DNA of 64,000 bases from Hormiphora californensis (lineage: Eukaryota; Animalia; Ctenophora): the NCBI GenBank assembly GCA_020137815.1, contig CM035359.1:4278001-4342000 (forward strand). Direction: 5' to 3'. Positions 1 to 10,128 of this stretch are shown in pieces (positions within the stretch are counted from its first letter, which is position 1; every line of letters starts with the position of its first letter). Under the pieces are notes generated by a model that saw nothing but the letters and a program-made list of their open reading frames with translations, was not told the DNA's origin and ran no database searches. Made by a program: the position numbers and the translations under genes.

Positions 1-479
1 TTCATGGTGATAGCTGTAAAACTGTGGCCTCCATCGTGTACGCAAAAAAGTGGTACAGTCAAGGTGGTTAGTCACGCTAAAAGCGGCCATTTTGTCTAAA
101 ATACGACCATCTGTAGCGCAAAAACCGTAACTCCGATTTGTATGAAATTTTGAACGTGTGCTCTAGGTGTCAAGGCAACACGAACTACCAAGTGGCATGT
201 TCGTAGTACAACGGGAAGGTTGTCTAAAGCATAGTTGAAATTGCCGATTTCAGACAATAAGTATAGTAGCGCTGTCAAAATTTTCAAAAATTTTCAAAAA
301 ATTCAAAAAATTTTTTTTTCGCAATTTCGATTTTCCATTCAATGGAAGCAAGAATGCTTGGAAAATGGACATTTTTAAGGGAAGGATGTTGGGGGGAGGG
401 AGGATTGGGCCCCGGGCGCTTGCCAGCGCTATGATCTCTAGGTCCCTCTAATAATTGCACGTGCAAGTGTAGTTGCTAG
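1..479 (+). mobile_element. Possible non-autonomous Helitron-like element, 3' part
   Basis: Palindrome TTGCACGTGCAA (455-466) just upstream of CTAG (476-479); 5' end not visible. Confidence 0.3.
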
Positions 480-617
480 GTGATCTCTGTCACACAATTT
501 GCTTAGTAAGTAGTATGATATGATTGGCATCGCTACATATTGTTATAGCACACTAAAAACACGAATATTAAGACATTTTACAACCAGATGATATCAAAGT
601 ACCCTTTCTAATTTCAG

Positions 618-3600
618 GTCTATCCTCCCTTGCTTTGGTTGCCACTCTCATAGCTCTCATCTCATTCCGGGACATTAGAAAGAGTTATAACACAAAGATT
701 CACATCAGCCTCACTGCAGTTCTTCTATCAGGAAACATAGTCTTCATCGCAGGTAATTAATTATGATTCTGTATTACAATTCTAGACCGCGTGTTCTAAC
801 ATCAAGTTTTGAGATACAATTCAAAAATTAATTTATAACTTAAAATTCCTTTCAGGTATAGAAAGAACTGAAGACAGCACGGTCTGTATGGGGGTTGCCA
901 TTGCTCTCCATTACATATGGTTGTGTGTGTTCGGGTGGACCCTCGCAGAGTCATATAACATGTATCTTCTTTTCATTCGGATTCTGAATGTACACAGCCC
1001 CAAATTCGTCCTGAAACTAGGTATGCGTGTATGAAACCGGTCAGGAAATAGCCGTCACTGAAACCTGAGATATCAGTTCTCAGTGGAAAATAGCCGTGGC
1101 CGTGACCTTAACCTGAGGTTCAGGCACGACTGTTTTCCCACCAAACTACATATAACTTATCCCGCTATTATAATAATACCACCCTCCAATCACCAATTTG
1201 ATTCCCAGCTGTTCCTGCGATGTGCGTTCCTATGGTGATTGTTGCTGTCAGTGCAGTAATGTCACCGGATAGCTACGGTACTGATTACTATTGTGCACTA
1301 CACGGAAATGTCGTGTACTACGGTTTCGCAATACCCATTGGTAAATTATTATACAGAAAAATATAGTTTTCTACTGTCATACAAATTTCCACCTGGAATT
1401 CCCTGCTCGTAATATTTTCTGTCAGAATCTGTATAACACTGCTTGACCCTATTTCCATTTCTTCTAAATAACGAAACAGTGGTCAGAGCATTAGCCTGAC
1501 ATATTTTCTATGATTTTCTACATGACACTTATCCTCTCTTGTAGGTTTGGTTGTTATTATCAACACTGCAATATTCTGCTTAGTTTTATCTAAGATTTTC
1601 AAGAAGACACAGTATCAGAATTTTGATGGTAAGATGAAATAAATACACATTTTCTGTTTGGCGCCGAGACCCCATCTGATTGCTGAGAATCAAATTGGGG
1701 TATGGCACCGCCATACATCACATCTTACAATTTACTACCTTACAGCTCCATGAGACGTTCATTCTTTGACCGAAGTTACACTAAAATGGTCTACTAAATC
1801 ACGATTTAATCCCATATATATTCTCCGCCGGCAGGCCGAGTCCAGAAAGCGTTGTCCCAGATCAAGGCGATAGTAACTCTCTCCTGTCTACTTGGACTAA
1901 CCTGGGTGTTTGGATTTCTAACTTTCCGTAGTGAAGTGGATCTCGTCTTTCATTATCTATTCATCATCTGCAATGGCCTTCAAGGTACTTACAGAATTGT
2001 GGTTGTGGCTTCGGTGTTTGTCAGCAAATTTATTTATAGTCGGACCTCGATTTTCCGGGATGCTTAGGCCGGGGAAGGTAAATATGATCGGTGGTTCAAA
2101 TACCGTTAATTTTCTCTATCGAGAGAAGTTTATCCTTCCTGTAAATCGGGATTCCGGTAAATCTGGATTCCGGTAACTCGGGGTCCGACGTCGGACTGTA
2201 CCTTGCTCAGAAATGAGTGATGACACATGTGGACTAATTTAATGGTGATCTTAGGTGTTGTGATTTTCATTTGTCACGTGGCCATAAAACCAGACGTTCG
2301 TCACATTTGGATGGCATTCCTGTGCTACGGCGATACAAAGAGTACCCATGGGAGCAGGTATGCAACGGGAGGGGTGGGGTTGGGTGCGAGCGGTGGGGGT
2401 GGTGGGGAGGGGTGGGGTGGAGGGGAGGCGTGAGGTGGAGGGGAGGCGGTGGGTGGATACCAAGAGTACCCATCGGAGCAGGTATGAAACGGGAGGGGAG
2501 GCGGTGGGGTGGTGGGGAGGGGTGGGGTGGAGGGGAGGCGGCGGGTGGATACCAAGAGTACCCATGGGAGCAGGTATTCAATTGGACACGTAATTATATA
2601 TTAACTAGAAAGCCCATTGTTAAGTCCTACAACACCCCCCCCCCCCCACCCGTCTCTATGTCTCTCCCCCCTCTTACTCTTCATCTCTCCATGTCGGGGT
2701 AAAGAGGTTGGTAGTGGTAGAGCGCCGGTGATAAACATCAAGGGAAATCCCGCTGAATAACATGTAGAATTAGGTGATAAAGATCCGTAGAATTGTAGCT
2801 GTGTAGAGAATCAACGGGGTACGTAGGTAGAAAGGCTTTGGCAATCATGGCGGCCCCAACAGTAGATCCCAAAACACCACAGGAACAACACAGGAACACG
2901 CAACAAACAAACAATAACATGCACGTGCAGTATCCCCCCTCCAATACCCCTCCCAAGCCACCTCCTTGGCAACCCCCCACCATTTGCACGTGATGATAGG
3001 ACATCCTCCTCCTCATCACGACGTTCATTTGTACTTTATAATAAGGACTAGAAAGCCCATTGAGATCCTACAACAGCCCCCCCCACCCGTCTCTATGCCC
3101 CCCCCCCCCTCACTCTTTGTCTTTCCATGTCGGGGTAAAGAATACTTGTAGAGCGCTGGTGATAAACATCAAGGGAAATCCCGCTGAACAACATGTAGAA
3201 TCAGGTGATAAAGATCCGTAGAATTGTAGCTGTGTAGAGAATCAACGGGGTACGTAGGTAGAAAGGCTTTGGCAATCATGGGGGCGCCAGCAGTAGATCC
3301 TAAAACACCACAGGAACAACACAGGAACACGCAAAAAACAAACAAAAAAATGCACGTGCAGTATCCCCCCTCCAATACCCATCCCAAGCCACCTCCTTGG
3401 CAACCCCCCACTATTTGCACGTGAGGATAGGACATCCTCCTCCTCATCACGACGTTCATTTGCAAATTATAATAAGGATATCCGATTCCTATAATTATTA
3501 TTTAAAAACCCACGTGCTAATTTATACCCTCTCTTGCAGAACGACCACGCCAACTCGATCACGGGGCGGTTACAGGGGAGGGGGAGGAGCAATGAACAGC

Positions 3601-5039
3601 AAAACTAGCCTGTTCTCTGAGTTCTTTAGCAAGCGTTCATCCACTGTCACTCTCTCAACAACAGCCACCAAACTCAGCCTTACAAAACAGCTCACACGAC
3701 AGAGGACGGAGAGTCTGGGATCTCTTAATATCGGTTAGTGGGAGATCTGAGATATTAGTAAGTGTATGATTTGCAGATTACATATTTTCCCATGATATAT
3801 CATGTCCATCTTCAATATTGTCCCTATACTAAAGGGACAATATTGAAGGCTATACAGGCTAGCTATATAGTTAACTCTAAAACCTTCCCCCTGCAGCAGC
3901 AGCTTTGCAGCAGCAGGGACCCCGGAAATCCCTGGCGCCTCTCGAGGAGAAAGAGAGTAGTGCAACTAACCCCGCTTCAACACCTGGTAGTACCAACAAC
4001 GCTGTCCTGCTGAATGGGAAACTTGTCCTGAAACCCATGTTGAGGTGGGGAAATGGGGGAAAACCAACTGAGAATTATAGCCGTCACTGAAACCTGAGAT
4101 CTCAGGTCTCAGTGGAAAATAGCCGTGGCCTGAAGCTGAGGTTCAAGCACGGCTGTTTTCCCCCAATATATTCCATCCTGTTATTATTATGCCAGGGGGT
4201 TTGGTAGCTTAGTGGCATAGCTTTGAGCATGCAACTCTCTGAAGGTTCCTAGTGGTTCAAACCCAGTATACTTTTCATTATTAAATACTTGCTCAGAACT
4301 CAGTGTGTCCAGCCTATATACTACTATACCTGCAACTGAGTTTTTAACACAACAAGTTGCCTGAGTTGCTTACATGAGCGGCAACCCCCCTCCCTCTCCC
4401 TCTTTGTAAGCAATACTGTATCATAGTGTTTTAAAATATATAGCGGTGGGGGAGAGTGTGCGGTGAGTTTCAACTAGCTCAGTGGTGTTATGTGAGCAAA
4501 TCAGGAAACTTCTCTAAGAGCTATATCTATATACAATCTCTAGCCCCCTCCAAAGTATAATACATAATTTCCCTCATCATGATACTAATACATGTCCCCT
4601 CCCCTGCAGTAATCACTCCTGCGATGAGAAGTTTGAACACATTGTTCCGGATGATTCCGGCCCCTACCATCTGGCATCAGTCCAAGATCCCACCAGTACC
4701 CCACCCCGCCTCCCCCGGAACCTCTCTTCCTCAGACCGTCTCTCCCAACTCTCATCTCCCGCCTCAACTACCAGCGTTCACTCCATCAACAAGAAGCGAA
4801 TATCAGTCGTAACCGCGGAGATAACGAGAAGGAGCAGTGTTGATCACGTTCGGAGTGAGAAAGTTGTCTTTACGGGGGTGAAATTGGAGGATCGCCTGAT
4901 GGTGCAGCAGCATCGTCCACCCAGCGCTGGCAAGGGCAATAGAGTGTCACCAACAATGGACCATGTGGGATCCGAGGCGGAGGAGAGGAAGAAAGTGATT
5001 TTGGAGAAGTTGCAGCAGCTTGATGAGTTTATCTTTTGA
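618..5039 (+). CDS. Adhesion/secretin-family (7tm_2) GPCR, 3' part: TM1-TM7 and long cytoplasmic tail; 5' exons lie outside the window
   Basis: Phase-compatible GT-AG exons 618-752, 856-1020, 1209-1340, 1545-1628, 1835-1984, 2255-2357, 3540-3733, 3897-4044, 4610-5039 (TGA). Translation includes TKIHISL, CMGVAIALHYIWLCVFGWTLAESYNMY, YGTDYYC, LLGLTWVFG and YLFIICNGLQGVVIFI, all typical of adhesion-GPCR 7TM domains. Confidence 0.92.
1044..1139. mobile_element. Short MITE, GGAAA(T/C)AGCCGT...ACG(G/A)CTGTTTTCC (PIF/Harbinger-like); copies at ~4077-4163 and ~48093-48183
   Basis: Three dispersed, near-identical ~90-bp copies with terminal inverted repeats; the terminus is shared with the larger element at 47128-47675. 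Confidence 0.65.
2037..2198. mobile_element. pogo/Tigger-like MITE; left end of a related copy at ~20366
   Basis: TA-flanked; ends (T/C)AGTCGGACC(T/C)CGATTT and CGGGGTCCGAC..CTG; internal CCGGTAAATC repeats. Confidence 0.6.
2605..3478 (-). mobile_element. Two head-to-tail copies of a ~435-bp non-autonomous Helitron (2605-3047, 3048-3478)
   Basis: On the minus strand each copy starts TC and ends CTAG; the pair sits between A and T, and the junction reads CTAG|TC. A third copy lies at 19927-20360. Confidence 0.75.
4195..4268 (+). mobile_element. tRNA-like head (degenerate SINE or tRNA pseudogene)
   Basis: A-box-like TAGCTTAGTGG and B-box-like GGTTCAAACCC at tRNA spacing; no clean cloverleaf. 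Confidence 0.35.
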
Positions 5040-5279
5040 AAGGGGAGAAGGAGCTAAGAAACATGAAATATTGAGATGAAAGGGGAGAAGGAGCTAAGAG
5101 ACATGAAATATTGTACGGATCGATCCGTACAATATTTCATGTCTCTTAGCTCGACCTTCTCCCCTTTCATCTCAATATTTCATGTTTCTTCTTCATCTAG
5201 ATGAAATTGAGATATGACAGAGACATGAAAGAGACATGAAAGAGAGATGAAAGAGACATGAAAGAGAGATGAGAAACTA

Positions 5280-6035
5280 ACGGGTGATAACTAAAAGATG
5301 TCACAAATTTAAAACAGCTGTAGAATTTTTCCCTTTTGAGATACAGCTTCGGGCCAGTTATAAAACGATTTTTCAGACAATTTTGAATCGGAATAATATA
5401 CCGGCAAAGACTAAAAAGTTCGTTTTCATTGCGATATCACATCATTTCCTTTTGCCCCACCAAAGCATTTAGTACGTGAAATTCACACACTTTTCTAGCA
5501 CCTCTAGCACCTGTTCTTTTCAAGATTCAGCTTCGGGACAGTGACAGAATGATTTATCAGACAATTTTGAACGAAATTAACTTTGTTTCAAACTTCATAA
5601 GTCTCAATTTCCTGATCAGAATCTTCTGTAACAAAGCGTAGTTTACAGGTAATTTGAGAAATTGCCATTTCGACGATCTCTTGAAACATTAATGACCGTG
5701 AAAACCAATTTCTTAATGAGCTAAAATGTTCAAACTTGGCAGTTATGTTGGCTATGGCATGAACAACCAAAGCTCCAATTTTTAGAATTTTATCTCATTA
5801 GAAAAGTCATTTCTGATCACATAGAAATTTCAAATCTCCGTACTACATGCTTTGGTGTAAGCTGATGAAATGATCAGATATCGCAATAAAAATGAACTTT
5901 TTAGGTTTTGCCGGTATATTATCCCGATTCAAAATTGTCTGAAAAATCGTTCTATAACTGGCCCGAAGCTGTATCTCATAAGGGAAAAATTCTACAGCTG
6001 TTTTAAATTTGTGACATCTTTTAGTTATCACCCGT
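5280..6035. mobile_element. Tc1/mariner-type MITE with ~190-bp TIRs
   Basis: TA|ACGGGTGATAACTAAAAGATG...CATCTTTTAGTTATCACCCGT|TA; the mirror ORFs 5284..5472 and 5843..6031 come from the TIRs. Confidence 0.85.
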
Positions 6036-6400
6036 TATATGGGAAAGATTATATAAAATTTCTCAAATAATACACCAGCAAAGATTGAGAGAGAATTGAA
6101 AAGAAAATGGACATTATTTATAGCTTGCATGTAGCTTATCGTAAAACCGGACTAAAATATGATATATACCATTCAAAGTGTAGATATTTAGACAGACCAT
6201 TTAGTAAATTTGACTCTTTAAATTAAAATTAATACCGTATCAAGACGCGCAATTGCTTGAAGTTGACGATCAAATTGATCAAACACAGCCCTAAATAATT
6301 GTGCTGAATAAGTGCACTTTATTAGTTTAGTGCCCGCTTCTCCGTACCGTTTTTTTGAAAACCGTTTCTCCGCTAGCTACAATCCCCCCTGTCACATGGT

Positions 6401-9163
6401 TTACTGAAAGGTATAGGTAGGATAGTATGGGGCAAATAGTTTATCACCACTTGATGACCCCTCATCGTCAGAATCTCCATCTTTACCAATCTCTGTTTTA
6501 CCGTGGATCACCTCATTGTAGCTGGGCTGTGGGGGCAATGTTTCACCCCCTGCTACCCCATGGGATAGGTGCAGTTGGTGCAGCAACAATGTGCTGGAAC
6601 TGGTTCTTTAGGGGGATGGTACCGATGATAATGTCAACCGGGACATTCAGGTCAAGCCCAACTCCGGAAGGATCAACGGATAGAACCACTCTGTAGTTCA
6701 CATCGATTATGTTGCAGTTGATAAGGTCCGAGGGAGGAAGAGGGGGGATTTGTAAGGCAACGTTGGTCCAAGTAAAAGTTGCACCGGGCTCAATTTTGGG
6801 TTGTGTGTGTGAGACTATCGTTTGGTACTCTTGTTTGTATCTCCGTATTGTTATATCCTTCCCAGTATACTTCACGTGTTCTACTAATGATATCGTTGAT
6901 TTTGTCATTGCTTTGCGGGAAAGATTCTCGATCTCAGCGCTAAAGTAGATAGTCTCCCCACACACATAACCCGTTTTTGGGAGTGAGAGTGAGGCGTTCA
7001 GGGGACCAGTTTTACAGCAGCAACATCCAAAGGTTTTCGATCCTTGGTTCGCAATTGGCGTTACAGCACCTGAAAATATCAATACCATAACTCTGCCATT
7101 TTTGCTAAAAATTTGGTGCTAAAAAATGTGTGACCCCTGTGTGACTTCACCGTCTCAATGGGTTTTGGCCCAAATGGGGTGGAAACATAGTCAGACAGAT
7201 CTGTCGACTTGCACTTCAGGGTGAGACGTGTATGAGTCTGAGATGGAATTTCTGTTGGCGACGTTCGGAAGTGCTTGAGACGGGTTTGGCTTCCGTCTGA
7301 TTTCATCCATCTCCATCTAACTCCGTCTAAACGGGTAGATACCGTTTCAGACGTGCCGTTTAAACACTGTGCCGTCTAAACACGTGCGTCTGAAGCCTGT
7401 TTAGTAAACAGGCTTCAGACGCACGTCTCAAACCCGTCGGACTCATACCTACACCCATGTACTTTTTGTAAGTTTCTAGACGCCGTCTAGACGGATACCG
7501 CATGTACGGCGTCTAGACGGCGTTGGAACGACGCCTAGACGCCGTCTGCGGCAAAGTAAGATTTGCCCAAGATCTACAAGCTCTTACCGGGTTGAAGATT
7601 CAAATCGTAAACTGAAAGAACGGTTAGATACATTTTAGTATGCTCGTTTGTCTTCCATGGACGATCAATTTTAGCGGAGAGCTTGTATATCACTTTTCCT
7701 GTGAGGTTCAGTGTGATTTAGAAGAAGAGCTACATTTGTCATTTGCCTAGCTAGAATCTGTTTCTCACGCCAAATGTAAAGGAGGGTTAAAAGGAGGGTT
7801 AGAGCAAAGCTACATAGGACCATGATAGGGGGGGAACTCCCGGTTTGGCGTATTGACACATGCCTATAGCTCTATCAATGGCAGACTGCCATTGATATAA
7901 TGGCAGTTATATCAGGGATCCCTTAATCCGCGCAGCCTTGCCCTTAAACGTAAAGGCAGAGCTCGGATGCGGGTGGGGTAACAGCCCTATACTGCCTACC
8001 AGAGACATGTTCCGACAAGAAAAACAAGTTTAAAGGTAGTGCCAAATACATACCATGCCTTCCGACAAACGTTGAAGGTAGATTGGGTGGAAGCGTTATG
8101 GAGAATGGAAATTCATGGTTGCCTTGATCAAGGGATGTTTTCTCTCCGTCAGCGATGGCATCACCAAATAAATTTTTCGAAACGTCTAGGTAGGGTAGCG
8201 ACTGGCAATTTGAAACGCCTGCTAACTTGAAACAGTGTCTGCTAACTTGAAACACGTGCTCTGGTTATTTGAAACAAATGCGCGTTATTTGCTCTCTGAT
8301 TGGTGTCGTGTGTGTGCTGTAGCACAGTGAAGAGAGTCTGGTAACTTGAAACACTGAGGAGGGCTATTTGAAACAATTTTCTCCGATTGGATTGTCGAAA
8401 TTTTTGTTGTTCAATATGAGCATGAGGCAGGATATAAACTATGATTTGAGTCATTTCCGCCAAAAGTTGGCCGAATATGAGGCAAAAACTGTTTTCCTGC
8501 TAATTTGAAACAGTTTTTGGAAAAGGTCATTGCACCAAGCACGTTCAACAAAATTCAGATTTCAGACATGGAATGGCTCTGCACAACCCTTTTCTAACTA
8601 TTCAATGTCAAAAATTTTGGTTTCGTGGAGAAATTGAGGGAGATACGGGTGTTTCAAATTAGCAGACCGAGGCGGGTAAATTGAAACACCAAATTTGGAT
8701 AGATATCACGTGACCCTGACCCCGGAAGACAAAATGAGACATCTCCAACCACCCAAAAAACTACCCAGGGACTGTCTCGGTAACACAAGGTCAAAAAAAT
8801 TTGGGTTCGACTTGATTTGTGGGCAGGCAAGGGAAAAAAGTGAAAAACTGTTTCAAATAGCCAGTCGCTACCCTACTTTTCATGCCCCTTATAGGTCACC
8901 CAATCAGTATTGTCCCCCATCCCACCCTTTTCTGTCCAATGTACCTAGAAAACAATTAATAATACTTTTTTCATTTAACAAGATATTTTAAACTTACATT
9001 TTTATGTTAAACTTACATTTGCATAACCTTTTAGCTTAAGCTCGATAGCTTGAAAGTCTAGGGAATCCTTCAATTCAAGCCTAACTTTACCGGAAACTTT
9101 CTGACCAGCGTAGAAAATTGGCTGGGCAGCATCCAATAGTATCAAAAACTTTTCAATTGGCAT
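6401..9163 (-). CDS. ARRDC: Arrestin domain-containing protein (alpha-arrestin); exon 2 interrupted by a MITE and an apparent frameshift near 6560 (possible null allele or pseudogene)
   Basis: Exons 9163-9017 (MPIEKF..FYAGQKVSGKV..LKGYAN), 8944-8876 plus 8192-8054 (VHWTE..YKGHEKY..HEFPFSITLPPNLPSTFVGRHG), 7698-7588 (KVIYKLSAKIDRPWK), 7069-6401 (KTGYVCGE..LPPS..IIDVNY..IIIGTIP..PSYNE..FAPYYPTY, TAA). Confidence 0.9.
7200..7560. repeat. Intronic element built from palindromic CCGTCTAGACGG-like motifs with a central hairpin (7381-7426)
   Basis: Repeated CGTCT/AGACG motifs; hairpin ACGTGCGTCTGAAGCCTGTTTA-G-TAAACAGGCTTCAGACGCACGT. Confidence 0.5.
8193..8873. mobile_element. 681-bp MITE inserted in an ARRDC coding exon
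   Basis: TIR GGGTAGCGACTGGC..TTTGAAAC; TA duplication at 8191-8192 and 8874-8875; removing it restores GAA AAG TAC CTA GAC (EKYLD). Confidence 0.9.
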
Positions 9164-9479
9164 GGCCGCTATGGAATTCCTAGCACTATATGTATGAACA
9201 ATTCACAATCACTTGTTTTAGCAAAATATCAAAATGGTGTAAGTAGAGCACTAACCACTAAACCGCAAAATGGCCCAAGTTATGCCCTGGAATTGTCAGG
9301 CCAATGCTCTGACCATAGTTCTAGCGCGAGAGAAATGAGAATACGGTCAATATGCTCTGACAGTCCTAGAAAGTTTACGCGAGGTGAAGAATCCTTCTTA
9401 CTAAGAATCCCAACCCCTAAACGTGTCCTTAAACAAACAAATAATCTTGAATATTACTATTGTTATATCTCTCTAATTC

Positions 9480-9605
9480 CGTCCGACAAACGTTGAAAGT
9501 AAATTCCATGGAAGTGTTGTGCAGAATGGGAATTCTGAATTCCCATACTGCACAATTCCGAATTCTTGATCACCTTGATCAAGGGTGGTTTTCTATCCAT
9601 CAAAA
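9480..9605 (-). pseudogene. Degenerate copy of an ARRDC exon-2 fragment
   Basis: Nucleotide similarity to 8060-8150 (CCGACAAACGTTGAA..GGAAG..AGAATGG..CCTTGATCAAGGG); part of a block duplicated at ~25803-26115. Confidence 0.65.
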
Positions 9606-10128
9606 AGTCCCAGTCAAAATCAAATACCCGGACATAAAATTCCTACGTAATAATTATCCAAAAGTGTCCAAAAGCACAGGCCCAGGTCGGACATAAAATT
9701 CCTACGGTGGATGGAGGTGTTGAAGATATGATGATTATGTTCTAACGGTGTATAAGGTCCAAATGAGGCACGGAGTTTTTCTGAATCAGCTTTTCAAGAC
9801 GAATCCAATGCAACTAGAATTAGCTTTCTATCTTATCGGGAAGGTGTGGTTCACACACACTCATTTTTAGGAGGTAGAAGAAGAGCACAGGGGAGGAGAG
9901 GTGAAAAAATACCAGGAGGATGTAGAAGGAAGTCCAGCAGAGTCGAGGAAACCAGGAGAAGTAGAAGGAAGTGCCCCAGAAGCAAGAGATCAGAGATCCA
10001 CGATGACCAGATGAGAAAATGCCTCAGAAGGGAGAAGAGAAGTACAGAGAGGGAGTGGTGCAAATACACCAGGAGGGACGTAGAAGGAAGTCCAGCCCAG
10101 GAAACCAGAAGAAGTAGAAGGGAGTGCC

